A DNA stretch of 64,000 bases, from positions 54,064,001 through 54,128,000 of the forward strand of contig NC_088857.1 of NCBI RefSeq assembly GCF_963853765.1. The letters are read 5' to 3'. The notes beneath the pieces are model-generated. The model was not told the DNA's origin, did not search any database, and saw nothing but the letters and a program-made list of their open reading frames with translations. Every line of letters starts with the position of its first letter. The first letter of the stretch is position 1. Position numbers and translations under genes: made by a program. This DNA is from Magallana gigas (lineage: Eukaryota). Positions 25,511 to 38,599 of the stretch are shown one piece after another.

Positions 25511-26861
25511 CTTAATCGTCCCATTTGTCTTTCTCCAGCGCTTTTTATTTTTAATGGGTACCGAAATCTTTCTTAAATGATAGGGGAAATCATGATTTGT
25601 AAGCTTTTGTAACACTTTTTAACTATTACACCCAAGGATAGGAAAGATATGATTTTATCTAAAGAGGTGAGATTGGAAGAGGGCTAGTTGTAGGACTTAT
25701 ATACCGTGTACGGCAAATACTGATGCGTTGATAACCACGACTGACACCTCTTTTGATTAACTAAGGTCCGGAATTGTGCAAACATCGGGAAGATTAAATG
25801 TACCAAAAAGATACAATCCAACAGAACGGACAAAAACACTGGAGTTATCTTAAATCAGCTTTTTTAACATCTCGCGTGATTTCCAATTCAGTTGTCTCTC
25901 TTTGCACTGCACATTTTGCTAACAGAGAGTGCAGAACATCAATAATATGGATTTAGGGTTTTTTTAACTAACACTTTTTAATAATGAACTTCCAATAACC
26001 ACAATCTGCCAAATTCAGTTTCAGATTTTTAAGTTTTAATTAGTCTACCTTTGTGGTAAAATTTCTATATCAGTATTCTGTTTATCACACCCAATGTTCT
26101 TTTAACTGTGCATTTTTTGTTCTAAGGTCATTTTAAAAGTAGTTAATTGCTTTGTATAACCAAACGTCTTAAAGTAAATAAACAAAAATTATGAAAGTAC
26201 CATATTAATTACTGCTATAATTTCGAAAACAAAGAATAAACCCTGTACCTAACGTTCTTGTAGAAAGACTGGAATTTTTTTCCTATTCTGAAGTAACATT
26301 CTCACTAACTGTTATGGTGACACCACCTTTAAACTATTTACACTCTTACTTTTTCATCTATTCAGTCAATGTTCTACAAATAGTATTGCCGGCATTGAAC
26401 ATTGTTAAACAAAGCCGACAACACACCCATAGTAGGATGGATAAGAAAGTGAAAATCGAGATTATCGATAACTATATCTGTATCAACAATTATATCTATA
26501 ACATTAATTCTAATTTCAACATTTCCAACTCTTGAGATAACCAATATTTTACACGGCATAATGGTCAATATTTAAAATATGCCAATATTGACATGTACAT
26601 GGGTGTCATAATAATCTGGAATGGCGTCCTCCATTAAAACACTTGTGCTGGTTGTTTTATAAAGGGGATATTTGTAGGTATGGGTCCAATTGACAATTAC
26701 GATAAGAAGTTATATTTTTTCAACCTGTTTTAAACAGCCCAACTGAAAATACATTGTAGTTGGCAAATATAGTTTCACTATATCGTGTGATCAAAAACAT
26801 TAAATCTTTCTCTATTAAGTATCAATAAATCAACATCTGTTTATACTGATTAAGATTTTTA

Positions 26862-27588
26862 AAGAAGATGGGTGAACAAGCTTAAGGCGTGTAAAATGCA
26901 ATTTTTTCAATAATAATTAAAAAACAGTGTATATTTAATGTAACATCGGTTTGTAACCCTTAAATATTTTAATTACATTTAATAGGTTGATTTAAACTGG
27001 CGTGTACGTGTCAAAATCTCCAAATAGTGTTATTTTTATAACTTCAATGCCGTTTCTTTTATAGAATGGGTCGGAGCTCCATATGTTTGTCATAGTCTAA
27101 ATGCGGTTTGATGGAATTTAAACAGATTTCCATCAACAAAAAATGTGGAGAGATGACACACTATAATTTTTCAAATGTCATTTTGTAGCCTAACAATTGA
27201 ACGTTTTGGTGAAATAACCAAAGTCCGTAAATCCGTAGCCAATGTCTCATATACCATTTAAACAACGCACTTTGTTGTGTATGAAATGGCTCAGTGGTTA
27301 GAGCACCAGACAAAATAAAAGATAAAAAAAGAGCACCAGACATTAGGTAAAATAGAACTTGGGTTTTTAGGCTGTGGGTTCGATACCACCAAAACGTAAG
27401 GATTAATTTTATTTTTCTTATCTTTTTTTTTAAATATTTCAAAGTGAATATATTAAAAAAATTACCCTTTTGTAAACTTATATTATAACATTTTAAATAT
27501 ATTTAAATGAAAAAAATGTTAAATTTTAAATTGTATTTTACGACTAAACCAAATGGGCAATTGCGCCATCTTATTCCCCCATATTCTT
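26862..27588. mobile_element. ~727-bp imperfect-TIR element in units 2-4 (also ~33715-34439, ~42112-42833), absent from unit 1
   Basis: Left AAGAAGATGGGTGAACAAGCTTAAGGCG versus right-end reverse complement AAGAATATGGGGGAATAAGATGGCG. Empty site gatttttaaattgtg at ~21620-21634. Confidence 0.65.
27287..27387 (+). other. Degenerate tRNA-derived (SINE-like) head with pol III A and B boxes
   Basis: A box TGGCTCAGTGG at 27287-27297 and B box GGTTCGATACC at 27377-27387. No intact cloverleaf. Repeated in units 3 and 4. Confidence 0.55.
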
Positions 27589-27865
27589 ATTGTGAAAGAG
27601 TCCATAATTTAGTCTTCAAGATTGGTTGTAAAGCTCAACGGTTATAACTTTTACATTTCATAATGCAAAACAAATATTATTTCAAATATTTTTTATTACA
27701 AATAGGATTTCATATATAAGTATTATCCTTATAACAGACATACAGAAATATCACAGTAAAATTTTGGCAAATGAGACCGCCCTCCTAGGAGTACAGAAAA
27801 GTCAGACAATGAATTATCCAACATTGTGCTGTTCCGAGAGGGGTGAAAGTTCTACCATCAGTTAA

Positions 27866-28716
27866 TTAGGGTCCAAATCGTCCGCCATTTTGAATACCGA
27901 ACTGATCTATGTCACCAAGACCTCCAATGAAACCACCCTGTCCAAATCGCCCGCCGAACTGTTGATTTGTGAACAGTCCTCCGTTAATTTGAGAATCGAT
28001 TCCACCAGGAACTAAAGGAATGTCTGAGCCAAATCTTCCTCTAGGTCCGAAAGGTCCCCTTGGTCCGAGGTCATCGCCCCAGACTCCTCCACCCCCGGGG
28101 GTCAATGGTCCACCTCCTACACAGATGTCGATGACACAGTCTGGACATTGGATTCCATTGTATGTGAAGAACTGTGGTCTTCTGCATTCTTGTGGGATGA
28201 AATGTTGTGTCTGTAGGCAGTGTCTTGGAGGACACATTACCGTCTTTTCTGGAAGCAGTTCTTTTCCTCCCGGATATACATTGTCTGTCTTGATAATTGG
28301 CTTTTTTAGTCCTTTCTTTGATCCACCAATGAATCCCCTGTTATGAAATCCGTCCAAAAATCCTGATTTCTTTTTACCTATGATTCCACCGCCAAGCTTA
28401 AGCCCGTACACAATTTCTTTCTTTATCGGAATTCTTTTCTCGCCGTATCGCCTACCTAAATGGTCAAAAGACGAATCATTACAGAATATTTATGAAAGAT
28501 TATTGTCAAAACGGTCCACAGTCTCATACAATACCTTTCTCATTACATTTTTTCAGAAATAGAACTTTCAAACAGTCAATGAGTACACGACCAATACTTT
28601 GCAAATATAGTACAACTTTATTAGAGACTTTGCCTCATTTAAGCATGACTATGAACCATACCTTCCGTGGCAGCAATGGCGATGGTTAGAGCAGCAGCTA
28701 GGAGAAAACACTTCAT
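27866..28716 (-). CDS. Secreted Gly/Lys-rich 6-Cys-domain protein, copy 2 (214 aa)
   Basis: Exon 1 at 28662-28716 (MKCFLLAAALTIAIAATE) and exon 2 at 27866-28455; intact frame and splice sites. Confidence 0.85.
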
Positions 28717-31329
28717 AGTGGACAGGTAGTGTAGTGGTGTGAAGAATCCTAGTCGGACTCCATGTATAAATACACAATCCATGTGACGTAATCATTTCAG
28801 AAATCAAATGCATGGTAATTTCTACTGGTTCAAATCCTTATACGTAAATAGAACGACTCTTCCATATCAATACAGGTTTATTGCCTGAAACGTGCATGCA
28901 CGGTAGCCGTTGTGACGTCAGCTGTTGACAGTTAAGGAGGAATTCCCTATCTTAAGATAGTGTTCGTCTTGTGAGCAAAAACTGCAACGAAGGAAGTTTT
29001 ACTATAGTAATGTGTACTTTTTGGCAGTGCTTTGAAGTTTTTTGATAAATTAATCATAAAACAAATTGAGACAAAGTTCACTGCGCATTGATTATTAAAT
29101 TTGCGTAAAAAATAATTGTTTAAACGTTCAACACACGCTCAGTGATCATCATATCAACAAAATTATTGATATCGAGATGAGTTAAGATTTTACCTTGAGA
29201 TATAATTTACAAAATAAAGCACCTTCAACAATCAATTTTCAACTGAAACAGCCATATGAAATATCGTAAAATTTACAAACAAGTGAAAAGCTGTCAATGT
29301 GACAACAAATCGGGTTTTCTTTTATGTAAATTGTATCCATAATCTATGTCAACCCTGAATTGATAAACACTACCTACCGTATCCAGTGAAATGTAGTTCC
29401 CTATATGAAATATTTGGCAAAAATTTGACTAAGTTCAAAAGCTGGGTTTTTTTAAAAAATAAATTATCAAAAATCAAAATCCTAGCAATATGCACACCTC
29501 TGATATATGTACAATTGATCTGCAAAAGAACAACTTCCTATCTTAAAAACTGTAGGAGGAGTTATCTGTGCAATAAGGGTACCCTTTTGGCAGCCGCCTG
29601 CCCGCCCGCCATTTTCACCATTTTAATAACCGGATTTTTCCGTTAGAAAAACCCGGTTAAAAATGAAGAAAATATACAATGTGTGGTTTTATATACATAT
29701 GTACAGTAGCATTGGTGATTATTTTCATAATATTTTGGAATGTCCGTATTTTGCTAACAAAAAAGTCTTTGTACAAGAAATACAGTGAACTTTAAATAAG
29801 CTGATCAAGTAGATAAATATATAATGTAGAAAAACTCAATTTAAAACTGAATAGAAGTTATAAGGAGGTTTTCTCTTCCTCGAACCTTTACAATATACTT
29901 TTATAATAAACTTGTAATACTTGCCTGTTTGTTGTTTATTTACAGATATATTTTAATATGTACCTTCATATATCAGTGGCCTGGTTTTGATTGAATAAAA
30001 ATAAAGATGCATTTCCGTCAGTGGTAACCCAATAACTCAGTTCTTATATATACATGTACATCTATTTATGTTTAAAGACGTTAAGATAGTTGGGTCAGTG
30101 TATTTATAGGTAACAAGGACATGGTGTCTCGGTCAGTGACGTAATGACCTTAGTTACAATGTAAGAGTAGTATTGTCATATTGGTGACAGCTCAGACACT
30201 GGTAATAATGATACGACAGGTAACTGTTCCAATATGCTTTAGAATCAATTACACCAAAGCTGATTGGTGCGGTTGTATTAATATTTCATGGAACATGTAA
30301 AAAAAAAAACAACCTTTTACTTCCCATATGTTATAAAATATTTTTTCTCGATATTTGAATAAAAGAAACATAATTATATGAAACACGATTTACTTAACTG
30401 AGAAGAGTACATGAATATTTAGAAAAAAACGTGTTATTTAGTCCTTTATGATAATTTGTTCTAATAAGCCATTAATGTATATAAAAAATGCTGGATTTGC
30501 CGTAAGAAAATTACATGTATTTCCAAAAATGCTTTAGATAATGAAAAAAAAATGTTATTGTCTCATAACTGCAACAGCGCGTGGATACAAATTGAATAAT
30601 AGCGCCTTATGAAAATTTGTTTGCACACACCGTTGCATTTATGAGACCCATCTTTCAAATAATAATTGTTCATTGCTTTTATTTAAGGTTTTAAAAATTT
30701 ATTCACTTTCCGCAGTTATGACTAATTTTTAAAATTCTCTGCCTTATTCAACGAGTAATACGCAATTAACGAAAGAGCCACTGGAAGAACCCAATTATGC
30801 CGACAAAAGTAGTGCACAACGCTTTAAATTCTCATAACACAATTCTATTTCCCATTCTGTAATTTGATGAATTTGCTTTTGGTATACAAAAAAGTTAGAT
30901 ATTTAGATTCATTTAACTGTTGAAAAATATTATATCGAATCGGTATATGTATAAGTTAGTCATGTTCTTCGAGAAATATTGAAGGAAGATTGAATGCATT
31001 TATACGCACCAGATTTGGTGATTGGGTCTTATAAGTTATGCGTTAATATCACTCAAATGAATGCAATTTAATAGGGGAAAAGAAAGAGATTGTAAATATT
31101 CATTTTTAAAATGTTTTCAATCAGCTATCGTTCACTAACCATTCATTTTCACTAAAGTTTAAAATCTATTAAAGTATATTTGTATATCTCTCCTGGTGTT
31201 CAAAGAGGGAGTTTGCATTGTGTTAGGAGAAACAAAGGGAAGTGTGTTATCAGTGTTTCTCAAGACCCCCATCATATCCGGTGTCTGGTGTTTCAGGAGA
31301 GGTAAATTTCATAAACATGTTGAATTATG

Positions 31330-31616
31330 GCTCAAATTGTTTCCATTTTAAATACCGAATTGATTGAAGCCACTCATATCTCCATTGATACCACACTGAC
31401 CGAATCGCGCGCGCAGTTATAGATCAGGAACCAACCCTCCGTTTTCCTGGAATCGATTCCGTTTGGGAACAAAATAAACATCTGAACCAAACCTTCCTTT
31501 TCAATCCAGACCCCAGGATGGTTCTTTGTAGTCCGAATGACCCCTTAGGTCCCAGACTTCTCCACCCCGGGGGTCAATGGTCCCCCTCCCATACATAGGT
31601 TAATGTCACAGTCCGG
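31330..31616 (-). pseudogene. Degenerate relic of a copy-6-type gene, 3' half (unit 2; also ~39550-39838 and ~46300-46600)
   Basis: Minus strand aligns to PDCDIDICVGGGPLTPG...GTIPG...GRFGSD...NGG...RFGQ...NGD...FNQFGI with frameshifts and stops. There is no exon 1, and it begins mid Cys domain. Confidence 0.75.
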
Positions 31617-34600
31617 TCTCCTTTTCGATACCCTATACCCTACCGTAGAAAAGCGGTTTAACAATTAATTGAATCCTAATTTGTGTAAATTTATATCTTA
31701 TTTTTAGTATGTACCTCTTTCTGATCCCACTCTCCCAATATATCGTTTGACAGTTTGGTTCATATATAATATATACCGATACTTAAGGTGTATGAAAAGA
31801 GTTTTAAAATGTCACCCTCTTCAAGAACGTCAGCGCTTTTTTAAAGATGATAATTCCAGGATTTCAGTCAAATAAAAAACTTTTGACTAAAAGTATATTA
31901 TTCGGCGTATTTGAAAAATGTTTCCATTTATAACAATTAACAAACTTATTTTGCTTTTTTACGATGTTGTAAAGCATATAATTACATGTAAAAAGTGTAA
32001 TAAAATCATGAAATGGTTATTAAAACCAAATCAGCTAAACAAAAAGAAATTAAAAGGTATAAATATTGGAGAAGAATTGAAATTGTGAATGAATCCATGA
32101 ATTCGTCCTCAAGTTTAGACATTTAGGAAATAAATTTAGGATATAATAAACAAAATCAAAAACAAATATTAATCCAATCATATTTTATTACAAATAGGAA
32201 TTCACTTACATTAGTATAAACTTTATAAAACAACAAAAATATCACTGTTTGTAAAGTTACATAAATACAATATTTCCAGGAAATCTCCAAATCTCCAACA
32301 TTCCAGCGTTCTGAAGGGGGGGGGGGGGTCAAAGTTTCTTTAACTCTTAACATTTGGTCTAAATCGTCCGAATCTTAATCGTCCCATTTGTCTTTCTACA
32401 GCGCTTTTTATGTTTAATGGGTACCGAAATCTTTCTTAAATGATAGGGGAAATCATGATTTGTAAGCTTTTGTAACACTTTTTAACTATTACACCCAAGG
32501 ATAGAAAAGATATGATTTTATCTAAAGAGGTGAGATTGGAAGAGGGCTAGTTGTATGACTTATATACCGTGTACGGCAAATACTGATGCATTGATAACCA
32601 CGACTGACACCTCTTTTGATTAACTAAGGTCCGGAATTGTGCAAACATCGGGAAGATTAAATGTACCAAAAAGAACGGACAAAAACACTGGAGTTATCTT
32701 AAATCAGCTTTTTTAACATCTCGCGTGATTTCCAATTCAGTTGTCTCTCTTTGCACTGCACATTTTGCTAACAGAGAGTGCAGAACATCAATAATATGGA
32801 TTTAGGGGTTTTTTAACTAACACTTTTTAATAATGGACGAACTTCCAATAACCACAACCTGCCAAATTCAGTTTCAGATTTTTAAGTTTTAATTAGTCTA
32901 CCTTTGTGGTAAAATTTCTATATCAGTATTTTGTTTATCACACCCAATGTTCTTTTAACTGTGCATTTTTTGTTCTAAGGTCATTTTAAAAGTAGTTAAT
33001 TGCTTTGTAAAACCAAACGTCTTAAAGTAAATAAACAAAAATTATGAAAGTACCATATTAATTACTGCTATAATTTCGAAAGCAAAGAATAAACCCTGTA
33101 CCTAACGTTCTTGTAGAAAGACTGGAATTTTTTTCCTATTCTGAAGTAACATTCTCACTAACTGTTATGGTGACACCACCTTTAAACTATTTACACTCTT
33201 ACTTTTTCATCTATTCAGTCAATGTTCTACAAATAGTATTGCCGGCATTGAACATTGTTAAACAAAGCCGACAACACACCAATAGTAGGATGGATAAGAA
33301 AGTGAAAATCGAGATTATCGATAACTATATCTGTATCAACAATTATATCTATAACATTAATTCTAATTTCAACATTTCCAACTCTTGAGATAACCAATAT
33401 TTTACACGGCATAATGGTCAATATTTAAAATATGCCAATATTGACATGTACATGGGTGTCATAATAATCTGGAATGGCGTCCTCCATTAAAACACTTGTG
33501 CTGGTTGTTTTATAAAGGGGATATTTGTAGGTATGGGTCCAATTGACAATTACGATAATAAATAATATTTTTTCAACCTGTTTTAAACAGCCCAACTGAA
33601 AATACATTGTAGTTGGCAAATATAGTTTCACTATATCGTGTGATCAAAAACATTAAATCTTTCTCTATTAAGTATCAATAAATCAACATCTGTTTACACT
33701 GATTAAGATTTTTAAAGAAGATGGGTGAACAAGCTTAAGGCGTGTAAAATGCAATTTTTTCAATAATAATTAAAAACAGTGTATATTTAATGTAACATCG
33801 GTTTGTAACCCTTAAATATTTTAATTACATTTAATAGGTTGATTTAAACTGGCGTGTACGTGTCAAAATCTCCAAATAGTGTTATTTTTATAACTTCAAT
33901 GCCGTTTCTTTTATAGAATGGGTCGGAGCTCCATATGTTTGGCATAGTCTAAATGCGGTTTGATGGAATTTAAACAGATTTCCATCAACAAAAAATGTGG
34001 AGAGATGACACACTATAGTTTTAAAATGTCATTTTGTAGCCTAACAATTGAACGTTTTGGTGAAATAACCAAAGTCCGTAAATCCGTAGCCAATGTCTCA
34101 TATACCATTTAAACAACGCACTTTGTTGTGTATGAAATGGCTCAGTGGTTAGAGCACCAGACAAAATAAAAGATAAAAAAAGAGCACCAGACATTAGGTA
34201 AAATAGAACTTGGGTTTTTAGGTTGTGGGTTCGATACCACCAAAACGTAAGGATTTATTTTATTTTTCTTATCTTTTTTTTTAAATATTTCAAAGTGAAT
34301 ATATTAAAAAAATTACCCTTTTGTAAACTTATATTATAACATTTCAAATATATTTAAATGAAAAAAATGTTAAATTTTAAATTGTATTTTACGACTAAAC
34401 CAAATGGGCAATTGCGCCATCTTATTCCCCCATATTCTTATTGTGAAAGAGTCCATAATTTAGTCTTCAAGATTGGTTGTAAAGCTCAACGGTTATAACT
34501 TTTACATTTCATAATGCAAAACAAATATTATTTCAAATATTTTTTATTACAAATAGGATTTCATATATAAGTATTATCCTTATAACAGACATACAGAAAT

Positions 34601-34716
34601 ATCACAGTAAAATTTTGGCAAATGAGACCGCCCTCCTAGGAGTACAGAAAAGTCAGACAATGAATTATCCAACATTGTGCTGTTCCGAGAGGGGTGAAAG
34701 TTCTACCATCAGTTAA

Positions 34717-35572
34717 TTAGGGTCCAAATCGTCCGCCATTTTGAATACCGAACTGATCTATGTCACCAAGACCTCCAATGAAACCACCCTGTCCAAATCG
34801 CCCGCCGAACTGTTGATCTGTGAACAGTCCTCCGTTAATTTGAGAATCGATTCCACCAGGAACTAAAGGAATGTCTGAGCCAAATCTTCCTCTAGGTCCG
34901 AAAGGTCCTCTTGATCCGAGGTCATCGCCCCAGACTCCTCCACCCCCGGGGGTCAATGGTCCACCTCCTACACAGATGTCGATGACACAGTCTGGACATT
35001 GGATTCCATTGTATGTGAAGAACTGTGGTCTTCTGCATTCTTGTGGGATGAAATATTGTGTCTGTAGGCAGTGTCTTGGAGGACACATTACCGTCTTTTC
35101 TGAAAGCAGTCCTTTTCCTCCCGGATATACATTGTCTGTCTTGATAAATGGCTTTTTTAGTCCTTTCTTTGATCCACCAATGAATCCCCTGTTATGAAAT
35201 CCGTCCAAAAATCCTGACTTCTTTTTACCTATGATTTCACCGCCCAGGTTAGGTCCGTACACAATTTCTTTCTTTATCGGAATTCTTTTCTCGCCGTATC
35301 GCCTACCTAAATGGTCAAATGACGAATCATTACAGAATATTTATGAAAGATTATTGTCAAAACGGTTCATAGTCTCATACGATACCTTGCTCTTTACATT
35401 TTTTCAGAAATAGAACTTTCAAACAGTCAATGAGTACACCACCAAAACCAATACTTTGCAAACATAGCACAACTTTATTAGAGACTTTGCCTCATTTAAG
35501 CATGAATATTAACATACCTTCAGTGGCAGCAATGGCGATGATTAGAGCAGCAGCTAGGAGAAAACACTTCAT
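34717..35572 (-). CDS. Secreted Gly/Lys-rich 6-Cys-domain protein, copy 3 (214 aa)
   Basis: Exon 1 at 35518-35572 and exon 2 at 34717-35306; intact. Confidence 0.85.
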
Positions 35573-37245
35573 AGTGGACAGGTAGTGTAGTGGTGTGAAG
35601 AATCCTAGTCGAACTCCATGTATAAATACACAATTCATGTGACGTAATCATTTCAGAAATCAAATGCATGGTCATTTCTACTGGTTCAAATCCTTATACG
35701 TAAATAGAACGACTCTTTCATATCAATACAGGTTTATTGCCTGAAACGTGCATGCACGGTAGCCGTTGTGACGTCAACTGTTGACAGTTAAGGAGGAATT
35801 CCCTATCTTAAGATAGTGTTCGTCTTGTGAGCAAAAACTGCAACGAAGGAAGTTTTACTATAGTAATGTGTACCTTTTGGCAGTGCTTTGAAGTTTTTTG
35901 ATAAATTAATCATAAAACAAATTGAGACAAAGTTCACTGCGCATTGATTATTAAATTTGCGTAAAAAATAATTGTTTAAACGTTCAACACACGCTCAGTG
36001 ATCATCATATCAACAAAATTATTGATATCGAGATGAGTTAAGATTTTACCTTGAGATATAATTTACAAAATAAAGCACCTTCAACCATCAATTTTCAACT
36101 GAAACAGCCATATGAAATATCGTAAAATTTACAAACAAGTGAAAAGCTGTCAATGTGACAACAAATCGGGTTTTCTTTTATGTAAATTGTATCCATAATC
36201 TATGTCAACCCTGAATTGATAAACACTACCTACCGTATCCAGTGAAATGTAGTTCCCTATATGAAATATTTGGCAAAAAATTGACTAAGTTCAAAAGCTG
36301 GGTTTTTTTAAAATATAAATTATCAAAAACCAAAATCCTAGCAATATGCACACCTCTGATATATGTACAATTGATCTGCAAAAGAACAACTTCCTATCTT
36401 AAAAACTGTAGGAGGAGTTATCTGTGCAATAAGGGTACCCTTTTGGCAGCCGCCTGCCCGCCCGCCATTTTCACCATTTTAATAACCGGATTTTTCCGTT
36501 AGAAAAACCCGGTTAAAAATGAAGAAAATATACAATATGTGGTTTTATATACAGTAGCATTGGTGATAATTTTCATAATATTTTGGAATGTCCGTATTTT
36601 GCTAACAAAAAAGTCTTTGTACAAGAAATACAGTGAACTTTAAATAAGCTGATCAAGTAGATAAATATATAATGTAGAAAAACTCAATTTAAAACTGATA
36701 TAGAAGTTATAAGGAGGTTTTCTCTTCCTCGAACCTTTACAATATACTTTTATAATGAACTTGTGATACTTGCCTGTTTGTTGTTTATTTACAGATATAT
36801 TTTAATATGTACCTTCATATATCAGTGGCCTGGTTTTGATTGAATAAAAATAAAGATGCATTTCCGTCAGTGGTAACCCAATAACTCAGTTCTTATATAT
36901 ACATGTACATCTATTTATGTTTAATGACGTTAAGATAGTTAGGTCAGTGTATTTATAGGTAACAAGGACATGGTGTCTCGGTCAGTGACGTAATGACCTT
37001 AGTTACAATGTGAGAGTAGTATTGTCATATTGGTGACAGCTCAGACACTGGTAATAAAGATACGACAGGTAACTGTTCCAATATGCTTTAGAATCAATGA
37101 CACCAAAGCTGATTGGTGCGGTTGTATTAATATTTCATGGAACATGTAAAAAAAAAAAACTTTTTACTTCCCATATGTTATAAAATATTTTTTCTCGATA
37201 TTTGAATAAAAGAAACATAATTATATGAAACACGTCTTTACTTAA

Positions 37246-38599
37246 GGTAATGGTCCATACCCCACTAGATAAATAAAATGCGTACAGAATTTTTTATATT
37301 TTTCAAACGTGTATCTGAGGATATGTTCTTGTCAAATTTTACCCTGTTGGCTGGTCCATCGGTATTATAAAAGCTAGGGCCGTTGCTAAAAATAGAACCG
37401 ATTGCGGAAATGGCGCTTTTCTCATACACAAAGAATATAAGCCTAAGCCTGAAATTTGACTTTTACAAAATCTTTTTTTGACTTATATCCTATGTAAAAT
37501 AAAGGAATTATTATTTAAAAACAAAAATTTTTATGTTACACTTGCTTATTTATCAAAAAATAGATAAATCTGCATACAAATTAGATAAAATGAATAAATT
37601 TTCAAAGAGAATATAAGCTCTTATGATTTTATTTACCTACAGAATTCTCTAAAATTTTGATATTATTTACATCTTAACGCCATTAATCAATTGGAAATAA
37701 AATTACCCAAGGGACCGGCCTTTACAGGATCACAATTGGCATATTTTTGGTAAAATCATTAAAATATATATTTTGAAAAAAGATCCGTAAAAATAAAACT
37801 GTGCATAGGTTAATTATTTCATAACTCTAAACAAATATGTTTTTATTATTGTTAAATAGAAAATATGATTTAAACAAACTGTAGATTAATCTGTATCATT
37901 TAAATCGCAAAAGATGGTTTCTTTGGATATTGGTTTGTATTATGGATCGAGATCGGTATTTAGAAATTGCGGATGCATGCGTGGATAATGCTAACTACCT
38001 GATATATGCCTTCAAGACAAAACCTCTATTCAAACTTTTTTTTACTGGTTTTAAAGACTGTTCTTATAATGAAATAACTTCTCTTCAGCGCATGGTTTTT
38101 AATTCTAAAAACATTTTTTTGTGGAAAACAAATCTATGCTCGTTGCTAAGCGAATAGGATAAAGATGATATAGGTCAAATTATTTCCCCTTGTGTTTTTA
38201 TCTCCCTTATGCACTGAAATATAGATCTCGATCAGGATTTCATTTTGGATGTTTATGGACTTTCAGGGATTAATGTTAAAAGAATTTGATCAAATTCAAC
38301 CTTATAATGGATTGATGTTTATGCAGCACAAAAGTAAGCGGTCTTATATTTTCAAAACGAGTACACAATCGACACAACCCAGTCATGTTATTTCGCTGAT
38401 TAATACCCCGGTGGGCCTAATTGATTGCAGTGGCCAGGATTTTTGATATATTTGTTTTGAATCAATTTCTATGTCAGCTTGATTTCTTTGTTTTGAAATA
38501 CGCCTTTTAACGTTAGGTCTCAATTAGATCGGGCACGGATAAGACGTAATAACGCGTGAATTACGTCAGACGTTGTTTTGTGACGTATGGATAATTACC
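37246..38599. mobile_element. 1354-bp non-autonomous Kolobok-like DNA transposon with TTAA TSD
   Basis: TTAA-GGTAATGGTCCATAC...GTATGGATAATTACC-TTAA. Units 1 and 2 show the empty site tacTTAActgag. GG termini with TTAA fit Kolobok better than piggyBac, which has CC termini. Confidence 0.85.

Noticed and set aside
27287-27387. Functional tRNA gene
   Set aside because: A and B boxes are present but there is no acceptor or anticodon stem, and the spacing is disrupted by an A-rich duplication.
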